From Anaerolineales bacterium UBA2181 (lineage in GTDB: Bacteria > Chloroflexota > Anaerolineae > Promineifilales > UBA4811), in the NCBI GenBank assembly GCA_002328075.1, contig DCVT01000022.1:9172-73171 (forward strand): 64,000 nt of DNA. Reading direction: 5' to 3'. Position numbers and translations under genes: made by a program. Under the pieces are notes generated by a model, which ran no database searches, was not told the DNA's origin, and worked only from the letters and a program-made list of their open reading frames with translations. This document shows, piece by piece, positions 28,704-37,406 of this stretch. Within the stretch, counting starts at the first letter, position 1; the number at the start of each line of letters is the position of its first letter.

Positions 28704-29156
28704 GGTTGGTGGCGGCCGGGGTCAGGGTTACTCGCGGCGGTCATAGGCGCCGGTGCAGATAGCTGACCTGACTGTCCACTTGGGGCCAAAGCCTCATGGG
28801 TGGGTCCACGGTCGTGCGGGGCCGTGACGGGCAGGTGCCCTGCTTTGCGCTGAGGTCATCTCGGCATGAACCGCAGTTTACAGGGCAATCCACCTATCTG
28901 GCAGTTGCCGCCGTGAGGCTCCTTTCCGGGCCAGCAATACGATGGCCCATCAAGAGGCAGACTGCGCCTGCGAGCCTCTTGGCGCGGGACGGCCGCCGCG
29001 CAAGGCTTCCGTCATTTGGGGATCTCGGCACACCCTCACCTTCGGCCGAGAATGCCGCATGGCCGCCAACCCGATGACGGGTGGTCACGGCGCGCCTTAT
29101 GCCCGATCGAGCTACAACTCGGCCGGGTCCTTCCCGACCGATTCGTGGTGACGTGT

Positions 29157-29193
29157 GGAAAACGCCCGGCGGGAGCTGCGCCGGCCGGGCGTT
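29157..29193 (-). terminator. Putative intrinsic terminator directly after the dehydrogenase gene
   Basis: Minus strand: AAACGCCCGGC...GCCGGGCGTTTTCC, an 11-bp GC-rich stem followed by a short U-tract. It starts at the TAA stop (29193-29195). Confidence 0.55.
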
Positions 29194-30092
29194 TACTCTC
29201 GGGTGCGCGCCTCCACCCGCGCCAGGTCCTCCAACACGGTGATCAGGGCCGCGTGGTCCCACTCGCCCCGGCCGGCGGCCAGCAGCGCGGAAAATAGCTC
29301 CCGCACCAGGCCAGCCACGGGCAGCGGAACTCCGAGCTCGGCGCCGGCCTGGAGGGTGATGTTGAGGTCCTTGAAATGCAGCCGCGCTTTGAAACCGGGC
29401 GCAAAGTCTCCCCGGATCACCTTGGGCCCGCGCGCGTCCATCAGACGGCTCTGCGCCAAGCCGCCGCCCAGGACCTGCAGCAGGACCGAGGGGTCAACGC
29501 CCGCCTTGGCGCCCAGGACCAACGCCTCCGCCATGCCGGCTATGTGGAGCGCCACCATGATCTGGTTGCAGGCCTTGACGGTTTGACCGGCGCCGGATGG
29601 TCCGCAATGGGTGATGGTCTGGCCCAGCGCCTCCAGGACCGGCCGGGCTTGATTGAACACCTCTGCTTCGCCTCCTACCATGATTGAGAGCGTCGCGTCG
29701 ATGGCGCCCAGTTCGCCGCCGCTGACCGGCGAGTCCAGGCACAAGACCCCCTTTTCCCTCAGCGCAGCCGCCGCGCGAATGGCCACAGCCGGCGCGATCG
29801 TGCTCATGTCTACCCAAATGGCGCCCGGCGCGAGCCCATGAATCAGGCCGTCCGGTCCCAGGGCAACCTGCTCCACGTCCGGGCCGTCTGGCAGCATGGT
29901 GATGACCAGACCGCTCTGACGTCCTATCTCGGCCGGCGAGTGGGCGGCCCAGGCGCCGGCCTCCACCAATTCCTCCACCGCGCTGCGGCTGCGGTTGTGA
30001 ACCACTAGCGCATAGCCGCTCCGCAACAGGTTGTGCGCCATCGGTTTGCCCATGATTCCCAGCCCGATGAATCCCACCACCGGTTTTTCCAT
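29193..30092 (-). CDS. NAD(P)-dependent 3-hydroxyisobutyrate / 2-hydroxy-3-oxopropionate (tartronate semialdehyde) reductase family dehydrogenase
   Basis: Start refined to the ATG at 30092 (SD gagaggag). MEKPVVGFIGLGIMGKPMAHNL Rossmann motif, DSPVSGG and KACNQIMVA motifs of the beta-hydroxyacid dehydrogenase family. The upstream 63 codons of the listed ORF look non-coding. Confidence 0.85.
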   Translation of the reverse strand: MEKPVVGFIGLGIMGKPMAHNLLRSGYALVVHNRSRSAVEELVEAGAWAAHSPAEIGRQSGLVITMLPDGPDVEQVALGPDGLIHGLAPGAIWVDMSTIAPAVAIRAAAALREKGVLCLDSPVSGGELGAIDATLSIMVGGEAEVFNQARPVLEALGQTITHCGPSGAGQTVKACNQIMVALHIAGMAEALVLGAKAGVDPSVLLQVLGGGLAQSRLMDARGPKVIRGDFAPGFKARLHFKDLNITLQAGAELGVPLPVAGLVRELFSALLAAGRGEWDHAALITVLEDLARVEARTRE

Positions 30093-30381
30093 TGGACACT
30101 CCTCTCTCGCCGTTGCCGGCGTGTCAACCGCAGCCCACCAATGGGTACGGCGCGGGCTGATCGGCCAGGTCACCGCGCGCCAGTATAGCAGGCGTGCGGG
30201 CGGCTGCCAATCACAGGGCAGGCCATGGCGTCCTCGGGTTGGCAGTTCACGGTGGTCTGCTGACCTCCAGGCGGTCGGCAATGGCTCACGCGTGCCGGCC
30301 TGTACGCTTCTCCGATTGCCTGCCCGCCGTCACCTGGTACAATGACGCGGTTGGATTCGTTACTGTCCTGGAGGAACGACC

Positions 30382-31083
30382 ATGCAACAGGATTTGTGGA
30401 GACTGCGCCAGGAAAAGCAGTGGACGGTCAACGAGTTGGCGGCACAGTCCGGGGTGCCCGCGCTCTCGATCTACGAATACGAACAAGGCCGCGCTGTGCG
30501 CAGCGCTGACCTTCCCAAGCTTGCCCAGGTGCTGGGGGTCCGGCCGGAAGAGATCAAAACCCAATCGGCGCCCAAACCGCGCAAAGCGCGGCCTGCCGGC
30601 CGGACCGCTGCGCGTCCGGCGTCTCCTGCTCCAGAATTGCAGCCGGCCACCACCACGCAGGTGCAACACCTGGTGGCGCTATCCATTCGGCTGGGGGAAT
30701 CCCGCGAGCACCTGGAGGAAAAGGTCGGGCAACCGTTGGACCGGCTGACGCGAGTGGAGATCAGCAGATGGCTGACGGACTATGCTGCCGCCATCAAGGA
30801 ACGCAAGGCCCAGATTGCCGCCGACCCGGCCGGAGCCAAGCGCTGGCGGGCGCATCTGCCGGAGGGGGTTGACGGGTACGAGTTGACCTACCTGACCGAG
30901 CAACGCAAGGCTGGCCATCCGGTGACCTTTACGCTCTTTGACGGTCAGCGGTTGACCGGCCGAATCCTCGGCTTTGGCCCGTACAGCATCACCATCCGCA
31001 CCGACTCGGGAACGGAGACGACCCTGCAAAAGCTGGCCATTGCCTACTATGCCGTGGCGGCCGGGGGAGACGAGCCGACATGA
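30382..31083 (+). CDS. XRE-type HTH protein with Pro/Ala-rich linker, helical middle domain and C-terminal Sm/Hfq-like domain
   Basis: SD ggagga. N-terminus LRQEKQWTVNELAAQSGVPALSIYEYEQGRAVRSADLPKLAQVLGV is an XRE HTH. C-terminus YLTEQRKAGHPVTFTLFDGQRLTGRILGFGPYSITIRTDSGTETTLQKLAIAYYAV follows the Hfq Sm1 (L-x-N/D-G-x-x-L-x-G-x-I-x-x-F-D/G) and Sm2 (Y-K-H-A-I) pattern. Confidence 0.75.
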   Translation: MQQDLWRLRQEKQWTVNELAAQSGVPALSIYEYEQGRAVRSADLPKLAQVLGVRPEEIKTQSAPKPRKARPAGRTAARPASPAPELQPATTTQVQHLVALSIRLGESREHLEEKVGQPLDRLTRVEISRWLTDYAAAIKERKAQIAADPAGAKRWRAHLPEGVDGYELTYLTEQRKAGHPVTFTLFDGQRLTGRILGFGPYSITIRTDSGTETTLQKLAIAYYAVAAGGDEPT

Positions 31084-31481
31084 GCCTGGGCGACCACCTC
31101 CGGTTTCTCCGTGCCATGAAGGGTGGGGTGGGCACGGCCACCATCGCCCGCGCGATCGGGTTGGAGCGACCGTGGCCCATCAACGAGATCGAGGTCCGTT
31201 ACCGCGAAACCGGCGCTGACGAACTGGTCGGCCGGTTGGCCGAGTACTTGAGCCGGCCGGTAGAGGAGCTATTCTGGCACCGTGAGCGCAGCCGGACAAT
31301 GCTCACTCGGCACATCCAACACGCACTCCAGCACGCTCAACCGATAGTCCTCCACCTGCGCTCGGGCGAGACGCTATCCGGCCTGCCGGCCTGGTGGGAT
31401 CTGGGCAGCATAGGGCTGGTGGTGGAAGGAGAAGCCCAGTTGACCGTGGTGCAGCGGCACGCGGTGATTGACTGGGGCTAG
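31080..31481 (+). CDS. Small protein with degenerate HTH-like N-terminus and Sm/Hfq-like C-terminus, translationally coupled to the preceding gene
   Basis: ATGA start/stop overlap with 30382..31083. N-terminus LGDHLRFLRAMKGGVGTATIARAIGLERPWPINEIE. C-terminus QPIVLHLRSGETLSGLPAWWDLGSIGLVVEGEAQLTVVQRHAVIDW repeats the Sm1/Sm2 pattern. Confidence 0.65.
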   Translation: MSLGDHLRFLRAMKGGVGTATIARAIGLERPWPINEIEVRYRETGADELVGRLAEYLSRPVEELFWHRERSRTMLTRHIQHALQHAQPIVLHLRSGETLSGLPAWWDLGSIGLVVEGEAQLTVVQRHAVIDWG

Positions 31482-32005
31482 GAGCGCGTGGGCGGCGGCG
31501 CCGACCGGCCGGCAAGCCATTGCGCCAAGATCTGGTGCGTGCTGGCAAAGGCGAGTTCGGGTAACTCGTCGGGACCGAAAAAGCGGGCGGCGTCCGCGTC
31601 GTCGGCCGGGCTGAGGGCCTGGGTGAGCGCGCGGCCGGCATAGACAATCAGGATGTCCGCGCCCTCGGCGTGCTCCTGGCCGTAATACAGGTCCACCAGG
31701 CCGGTGATCTCCACCTCCAGTCCGGTCTCCTCGAGGCATTCCCGCGCGGCCGCCAAGCGGGGGTCCTCGCCGCAGTCCACAAAACCACCCGGCAGAGTCC
31801 AGCGGCCGCTGCCCGGGTTCCAGACCCGGCGCACCAAAAGCACCCGGCCATCGTGCTCTACCAGGGCTACCGAAGCCACCTTGGGGTCGCAATAGTGGAC
31901 AAAGTGGCAGGCGGGACAGGCCGGTCGCTCCTTGCTGTTGGCGAGCCGGCTCTCCAGCCGAGCGCCGCACACCGGGCAAAAGCTCATGGGATAGTGCCGG
32001 GCCAT
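31478..32005 (-). CDS. NUDIX hydrolase with N-terminal zinc ribbon
   Basis: Start placed at the ATG at 32005, 2 nt after the anti-sigma stop. CPVCGARL...CPACHFVHY zinc ribbon. Nudix box GGFVDCGEDPRLAAARECLEETGLEV. Confidence 0.8.
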   Translation of the reverse strand: MARHYPMSFCPVCGARLESRLANSKERPACPACHFVHYCDPKVASVALVEHDGRVLLVRRVWNPGSGRWTLPGGFVDCGEDPRLAAARECLEETGLEVEITGLVDLYYGQEHAEGADILIVYAGRALTQALSPADDADAARFFGPDELPELAFASTHQILAQWLAGRSAPPPTRS

Positions 32006-32007
32006 GG

Positions 32008-33000
32008 CTACCACCCGGCGCGACGCGCCAACAGGGTGCCGCCCAGCAGGAGCAAGGCCAGCATCCCGGTTGCCCATCGCGCCAGCGGCTCCCAGTTCAC
32101 CGGCTGGTCCGGCTCTGCCGGCTCGGCCATCAGCGGCGCAAGAGCCTCTTTGGGCGTCGTGGTGTCGACCGGCCTCAGCGCCGGCGTCGTGGCTGGCAGA
32201 GGGCTGATCAATTCCGCAGTGCCGGTGGGGACCGCGTAGGCCTGCTGCGCCAGCTCGGCCGCCGCCGCGGTTGCCGTCATTGTGTCACCCGCCGTTGCGC
32301 CCAACATGCCGTCGCCTGAGTCAGCCGCCTCGGCCGCTGGCGGAGCGGCGGCGACCGCCGCCGCCGTCGGCAGGGGCGCGGCAGTGGACGTCGGCGATGA
32401 GGACTCGGCCGGCGCTCCGGCAACGTTCCTGGCCACGGCTTCCGATTCTGGCGCAACCGCCAGCTCCACCTGCCGCGTCACCGGCACGTGAATTGTGTCG
32501 GCACCCGGTCCTGCCACGGCCTTTTCTGCCGCTGGTTCCGGCGCCTGAAGGCCGAATGTTGTCTCTACAGCTACAACCTGTTCATCGTTGGCTGCCTGCG
32601 GCGCGAATTCCATGGCGACCGACTCGGGAGCCTGGGCCGCCCTGGGGCCAACGCCGGAGGGCAGGGTGCCCGCGGTGATCACCAGGAAAAGCAGCGTGGC
32701 AGCGACGGTGGCTGCCCTCAGAGCCGGATACAGGTGGAGGGACCTGGGCTGCACCCGGGCGTACACCGCCGGATTGAGCGTGAACGACCGCGGCAGCGGG
32801 GCCATTGGTGTGCTGCGCAGCAACCGGACGGTCTGGAGCAGCATTTCGTGCTCGGCCCGAAGCGCTGCGTCCTGCTGCAACCGCGCATTCAGGCGGGCGC
32901 GCTCGTCCGGCCGGAGCGCTCCGTCGATCAGCGCCGATAGCGCCTCACGATCCCGCTCCGTGCTGCTGGTCTTATCCCGCGAAAACCACCTGAACATCAA
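32008..33000 (-). CDS. Anti-sigma factor (two TM segments, Ala/Pro-rich extracytoplasmic region)
   Basis: It starts 2 nt after the ECF sigma stop. The N-terminus LSALIDGALRPDERARLNARLQQDAALRAEHEMLLQTVRLLR is the usual anti-sigma N-terminal helix pattern. TM at ATVAATLLFLVITAG. A low-complexity A/P/T-rich region. Second TM at the extreme C-terminus. Confidence 0.7.
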   Translation of the reverse strand: MMFRWFSRDKTSSTERDREALSALIDGALRPDERARLNARLQQDAALRAEHEMLLQTVRLLRSTPMAPLPRSFTLNPAVYARVQPRSLHLYPALRAATVAATLLFLVITAGTLPSGVGPRAAQAPESVAMEFAPQAANDEQVVAVETTFGLQAPEPAAEKAVAGPGADTIHVPVTRQVELAVAPESEAVARNVAGAPAESSSPTSTAAPLPTAAAVAAAPPAAEAADSGDGMLGATAGDTMTATAAAAELAQQAYAVPTGTAELISPLPATTPALRPVDTTTPKEALAPLMAEPAEPDQPVNWEPLARWATGMLALLLLGGTLLARRAGW

Positions 33001-33001
33001 T

Positions 33002-33622
33002 CTAATCCATCGTGCCTGTTGGCTCGTTCGTCTTGGAGTTAAGACGATACCGGCCGGGGATAAGTTCCCCCTTGCTCCGGAGGCAATCGCGCAGCCGGGC
33101 CCGAGCCCGGCTCAACCGCGATTTGACGGTGCCTAGGGATATCCGCGCGATGGCGGTGATCTCCTCGTAAGAGTACCCCTGAACGTCCGAAAGGATGGCG
33201 GTCATGCGTTGGTCCGGCGGCAGGCGATTCAGGCAATCCTGGATCGCCTGCGCCAGCTCGTTCCGCTGCGCATAGGACTCGGGGGATTCGGTCTGGGCGG
33301 TCAGCGCCGGGTTGGCGTCCTCCTCCACCACATACAGCGCCTCGAGCGAGGTTTGGCGTTGGCGCTGGTGGCGGCGTAGCTCGTCGTAGCAGAGGTTGGT
33401 GGCGATCCGCAAGAGCCAGGCTTTGAACGATCCGCCCTGAAAACGGCGAATGTTCTTGTACGCCCGAATAAACGTATCCTGGGTCGCATCGGCCGCCGAT
33501 TCGCGCTCACCCATCATGCGGTAGGCGAGGTTGTACACCAGGGTCTGGTAGTGCAAGACCAGCGAGTTGAATGCCTGGAGATCACCCCGGCGGGCTTGCT
33601 GAATCAGGGAGGACTCATCCAT
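33002..33622 (-). CDS. ECF-type RNA polymerase sigma-70 family factor
   Basis: Start refined to the ATG at 33622 (MDESSLIQQARRGDLQAFNSLVLHYQ...). Region 2 DATQDTFIRAYKNIRRF and region 4 LSDVQGYSYEEITAIARISLGTVKSRLSRAR. The longer listed ORF reads through the tRNA gene on the other strand. Confidence 0.85.
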   Translation of the reverse strand: MDESSLIQQARRGDLQAFNSLVLHYQTLVYNLAYRMMGERESAADATQDTFIRAYKNIRRFQGGSFKAWLLRIATNLCYDELRRHQRQRQTSLEALYVVEEDANPALTAQTESPESYAQRNELAQAIQDCLNRLPPDQRMTAILSDVQGYSYEEITAIARISLGTVKSRLSRARARLRDCLRSKGELIPGRYRLNSKTNEPTGTMD

Positions 33623-33665
33623 TTGGGTTGACGGAACTACCGATCTCCCGTATACTATGGACCGA

Positions 33666-33748
33666 GCCGAAGTGGCGGAACTGGCAGACGCGCACGACTC
33701 AAACTCGTGTGAGCTTAGCTCGTGTGGGTTCGATTCCCACCTTCGGCA
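33666..33748 (+). tRNA. tRNA-Leu (anticodon CAA), type II with long variable arm
   Basis: Acceptor GCCGAAG/CTTCGGC plus discriminator A. D-arm GCG..CGC. Anticodon stem CACGA/TCGTG with loop CTCAAAC. Variable arm GAGC-TTA-GCTC. T-arm GTGGG-TTCGATT-CCCAC. No encoded CCA. Confidence 0.9.
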
Positions 33749-33819
33749 TGCTATCCGATTATAAACGGCCACCGGCATTGGGGCAAGTCTATTGTGGGGC
33801 TATCGCGGGATAGCCCGGT

Positions 33820-34188
33820 TTGGTAGTGCGCAAAATCGTTCTCCTCTCATTGGCCGCGATGGCGGTTGGCCTGGCCCTGGGGTTGGTGCTGGGCTGGGTG
33901 GTGTGGCCGGTCCAATATTACGACACCGATTTCGCCTCGTTGCATCCGGAGCACCGACTCGATTACGTGCTGATGGTAGCGGCCGTCTATCAGGATGACG
34001 GCGATTGGCCCCGGGCGCTGACCCGGTTGCAGGCGTTGGATGAACCTGACCTGCCGGGTTGGGTGCGTGACCTGACGCACCGGGCTATAGCCGAGGCACG
34101 TGACCTGTCACAGATACGCCGGCTGGTCGCGTTATCCTCTGCCCTGGGAGTCCGGAGTGACCTGATGGAGCCGTTTGCCCGTGACTAA
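33820..34188 (+). CDS. Single-pass membrane protein of unknown function (paralog of the next gene)
   Basis: TTG/GTG start. TM LLSLAAMAVGLALGLVLGWVVW, then a ~90-aa helical domain with GDWPRALTRLQALDEPDLPGWVRDLTHRAIAE. Confidence 0.6.
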   Translation: MVVRKIVLLSLAAMAVGLALGLVLGWVVWPVQYYDTDFASLHPEHRLDYVLMVAAVYQDDGDWPRALTRLQALDEPDLPGWVRDLTHRAIAEARDLSQIRRLVALSSALGVRSDLMEPFARD

Positions 34189-35038
34189 TAGCCGGTTTTG
34201 GGTTGGCCAACCCGTTGTGCTGGCGGCCAGCCTCGCTCTGGGAGTGGTACTGGGCCTGGTGTACGCCTGGCTCATTGCTCCGGTCCACTATGTTGACACC
34301 GCACCGGATCGATTGCGCACCGACCTCAAAGAAGAGTACATCGTGTTGGCCAGCGAGGCGTTCGCGGCTGACGGCGATTGGCCGGCTTTGGAGCAACGGC
34401 TGGGTGCGCTACATGAACCTGACTGGGCGGGATCAGTGCGGACGCTTGCCGGCAAGGCGATCGCTGAAGGGCGGCCGGTGGGCGTTGTGCGCAGCCTAGC
34501 GGTCGTCGCGCAACGCCTCGGGTTGGAGGATCCGGCTTTCGCTCCATTTGCACCCCTTCCGTCGCCTACCGTGAAAGCCACGTCGACGCCCGGCGCTTTA
34601 GCGTCGCAACCCAGCCCAACCCCGCCGCGCTTGCCGAGTGCTAGTGCAACTGCCTGGCCTACCAGCACAGCCCCTCCGCCACCACGCCCCACGGCCACTC
34701 CGGGCGTGAATTACCGCTTGGTGACCCAGCAAGGGATCTGTGACCCGGATCGGCCGGAGCCGTTGCTGCAAGTGGTGGTGCGCGACTCCCAGGGCAACCA
34801 CCTGCCCGGTGTTCAGGTCCTGGTGGGTTGGGACGGTGGATCCTCGCGGCTGCACACCGGACTCAAGCCGGAGCTGGGCTGGGGATATGCCGACCTAGTC
34901 ATGCAGGCCGACCACGTCTACCAGGTCCGGTTGGCAGCCGGAAGCGAAATCGTGAACGGGATCTCGGCCTCGCCCTGCAACAGCCGAGCGGGCGAGCGCC
35001 TGCTCTCAATACGCCTGATCTTTGAGCGGATCCGCTGA
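34175..35038 (+). CDS. Single-pass membrane protein, paralog of 33820..34188, with Pro-rich linker and extra C-terminal domain
   Basis: It aligns without gaps to the upstream protein (GDWPALEQRLGALHEPDWAGSVRTLAGKAIAE). After that come PSPTVKATSTPGALASQPSPTPPRLP... and a ~110-aa C-terminal domain. It overlaps the upstream gene by 14 nt. Confidence 0.65.
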   Translation: MPVTNSRFWVGQPVVLAASLALGVVLGLVYAWLIAPVHYVDTAPDRLRTDLKEEYIVLASEAFAADGDWPALEQRLGALHEPDWAGSVRTLAGKAIAEGRPVGVVRSLAVVAQRLGLEDPAFAPFAPLPSPTVKATSTPGALASQPSPTPPRLPSASATAWPTSTAPPPPRPTATPGVNYRLVTQQGICDPDRPEPLLQVVVRDSQGNHLPGVQVLVGWDGGSSRLHTGLKPELGWGYADLVMQADHVYQVRLAAGSEIVNGISASPCNSRAGERLLSIRLIFERIR

Positions 35039-35224
35039 CCGCAATCGGCGGCCACGAACCCGGATACGGGCGTCGTCACCGCGTTCATCAACACGGTCTG
35101 CCCGGGCGGAACACACGACTGCGAGAACTTAACCGAGCAGCTCGACGCTTCTTCAGCTGTGCTGTACAATCCGCCATATCTGACCAAGTGTGCGCTGACT
35201 GCCTCAGGACGAAAGGTGATTGGT

Positions 35225-36034
35225 ATGAACAGGGTGTTAAATATTGCACATCGCGGAGCCCGCAGCCTGGCGCCCGAGAACACGCTGTCCGCGGCGCGAA
35301 AAGCGTTGTCCCTGGGCGCCGATCTCTGGGAGACGGACGTCCTGGTGACCTGGGATGGGGAACTGGTTTTGCTCCACGATGACACGCTGGCGCGCACCAC
35401 CAATGTGGCCGACCGTTTTCCCGAACGCACCCCTTGGGCCGTCACCGCCTTCACACTGGCCGAGGTCCGTTCGTTGGATGTGGGTTCCTGGTTTGTGGAG
35501 CACGATCCATTTGGTCAGATTGCGGCCGGCGCGGTGACCCCGGGCGAGCTACTGTCCTTCGTCTGTCAGAGCATCCCGACGCTCCGCGAGGCACTCGAGT
35601 TTACCCGCGATGCCGGCTGGACGATCAATCTGGAACTCAAGCCCATCCCTGAGCCGATGGACCGTTTCCCGGTGGTGGAACGGGTGCTGGCGACTATCGA
35701 CGACGTCGGGATGGATGCCGACCAGGTCATCATCTCCTCCTTTCACCATGACTGGCTGCACGAGGTCCGGCAACGGCGGCCGGGTATGGTGGTCCAGGCG
35801 CTGGTGGGAGACCTGATCAGCGCGATTCGCAATCCCGAGTTCACCACCTACAATGCCTGGGATCTGATGGTGGACGAGGATCAGATCCGGCAGGCGGTCG
35901 GCCACAACCTGGTGGTCAACCTCTTTACGGTCAACGACGAGGACGACATGCGCCGGTGGATCGCGGCCGGGGTGACCGGGCTGTTCACCGATTTTCCTCA
36001 GCGGCTGCGATCCGTCTTGGCCGAATCGCGCTGA
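35225..36034 (+). CDS. Glycerophosphodiester phosphodiesterase (GDPD family)
   Basis: Start refined to ATG 35225. NIAHRGARSLAPENTLSA...ETDVLVTWDGELVLLHDDTL and ...NLELK... motifs of GlpQ/UgpQ-type enzymes. Confidence 0.85.
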   Translation: MNRVLNIAHRGARSLAPENTLSAARKALSLGADLWETDVLVTWDGELVLLHDDTLARTTNVADRFPERTPWAVTAFTLAEVRSLDVGSWFVEHDPFGQIAAGAVTPGELLSFVCQSIPTLREALEFTRDAGWTINLELKPIPEPMDRFPVVERVLATIDDVGMDADQVIISSFHHDWLHEVRQRRPGMVVQALVGDLISAIRNPEFTTYNAWDLMVDEDQIRQAVGHNLVVNLFTVNDEDDMRRWIAAGVTGLFTDFPQRLRSVLAESR

Positions 36035-36050
36035 GGCCGGTCAACCGAAC

Positions 36051-37406
36051 CTAGGTTGCCAGGCTTTTGGCGAGGCGACCGCTGCGGTTGGCGCGCTGTT
36101 CCCGCCAGGCAAGCCAGACTGCCTCGACCAGCGCGGAGAGCATCGTCGCGATGGAACCGATGGCGACACCCGAGAGTGAACCTACGCGGGGACCAACCAG
36201 GACCACCAGCGCCACCCCGCCCAGCGCAATCAACATTGCAGTGCGCGCGTCTTGGGTGCGTTCCTGTCCGATGGCAGTTCCTCGCCAGAGCGCCTGCAGA
36301 CTCTGAATCAGCGGAAGCGCTGCGGTCCACCGAAGCGCGACGACCACCATGGGTTCGATATCGGCCGGCATGTTGAACAGGACCCTGAGCGTCGGATGAA
36401 CCAGCGGGGTGTATGCGACCAACACCAACAACGCGCTCAAGAAGAGACCGGTGCCCCAGACAAACCGCCGCACCTGGGCCAGCGACGGGGGAGTGCGCCC
36501 TTTGGCGATGGCGACCTGCTCCAATCCCAAGGTCACGCCGAACGGCAGCATGGAAAAACTCCAGGCAATGGACCAGGCAGCCAATGACCGCTGGGGCAAC
36601 AGCGCCGCGGCAATGCCGGCGTTCATGAGCGGTCGGCTGACCTGCCTCATCAGGGTCATGACAGCCAGAGGTTGATAGTACCCGGCCAACCATCTCCAGG
36701 AGAAAACCGGCTCACCCGCGCTGGAGGGCAATTGGCGTACCACTGCCAGCGCGGGCCCGGTGATGACCAGCGACTCGGCCAGCACGGCGATCTGCATGGC
36801 GATGGCGCTGATGGTAAGCATCCGGTTGGGCGCGATGGCACTGCCGACGGCCAAGGTGACCGCCAACGCGAGGATGCGCGCCACCGTGGCGGCGGTGACC
36901 ACCGGGGTCCGGTCATGGGCGATGAGAACCCCCTGCAACGTTCGTCGCCACGCGATGGGCAGAGGCCAGAGCGCCATGATCGCCTGGGCGGGACGTGCCG
37001 CCGCAGCCACCTCGGGCGGGATGTTCATCAGGTCGACCAGCAACCAACCATAAAGCGGCGTCAACGAGATCACCAAGCCGATGGTCACCACCGTGCCCGC
37101 CAAGACAACGGTAAACTGCAGCAGGCGCCGAACCGAAGCCTGGGTCTGAGCCAGGGCGGTAGAGACCGAAAGCAGCATCAAAACCGGAGCCTCAATGACC
37201 AGGGCAACGGCAAACATGACGTTGAACGCGGCCAGTTGGAGTTCGGCGCTGGGCCCACGGGAAATGGCCGAGTTGATGATCAGGGGCTCCAGGGTCATCA
37301 GTGAGCTGCTGACGGCGAGGGGAAAGAAAAAGAGCAATAGCTGGGCATAACCGGGCATTCTCGGCCGGACGGGCTGGCTGACGGCTACGCTCTTCATCGC
37401 GCTCAT
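36051..37406 (-). CDS. MATE/MOP-superfamily-like polytopic membrane transporter
   Basis: 451 aa, about 12 TM, with internal two-fold repeat architecture. N-terminus LLLFFFPLAVSSSLMTLEPLIINSAISR resembles MatE-type N-termini. Family assignment is by eye only. Confidence 0.6.
   Translation of the reverse strand: MSAMKSVAVSQPVRPRMPGYAQLLLFFFPLAVSSSLMTLEPLIINSAISRGPSAELQLAAFNVMFAVALVIEAPVLMLLSVSTALAQTQASVRRLLQFTVVLAGTVVTIGLVISLTPLYGWLLVDLMNIPPEVAAAARPAQAIMALWPLPIAWRRTLQGVLIAHDRTPVVTAATVARILALAVTLAVGSAIAPNRMLTISAIAMQIAVLAESLVITGPALAVVRQLPSSAGEPVFSWRWLAGYYQPLAVMTLMRQVSRPLMNAGIAAALLPQRSLAAWSIAWSFSMLPFGVTLGLEQVAIAKGRTPPSLAQVRRFVWGTGLFLSALLVLVAYTPLVHPTLRVLFNMPADIEPMVVVALRWTAALPLIQSLQALWRGTAIGQERTQDARTAMLIALGGVALVVLVGPRVGSLSGVAIGSIATMLSALVEAVWLAWREQRANRSGRLAKSLAT

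Noticed and set aside
28704-29156. Roughly 450-bp convergent intergenic region. The minus strand contains CUGGCCCGGAAAGGAGCC, which recalls the SRP RNA helix-8 GGAA tetraloop.
   Set aside because: The tetraloop would be closed by a C-A mismatch. The conserved 3' AGCA symmetric-loop bases are replaced (AGCC). I could not find the complementary 5'/3' stems. I am not confident enough to call an SRP RNA, but an Infernal scan of this gap would settle it.
33623-33778. N-terminal 52-codon extension of the ECF sigma ORF (contains WESNPHELSSHEFES)
   Set aside because: This stretch is the reverse translation of the tRNA-Leu gene. WESNPH is a typical tRNA T-arm artefact. The sigma factor starts at the internal MDESS methionine.
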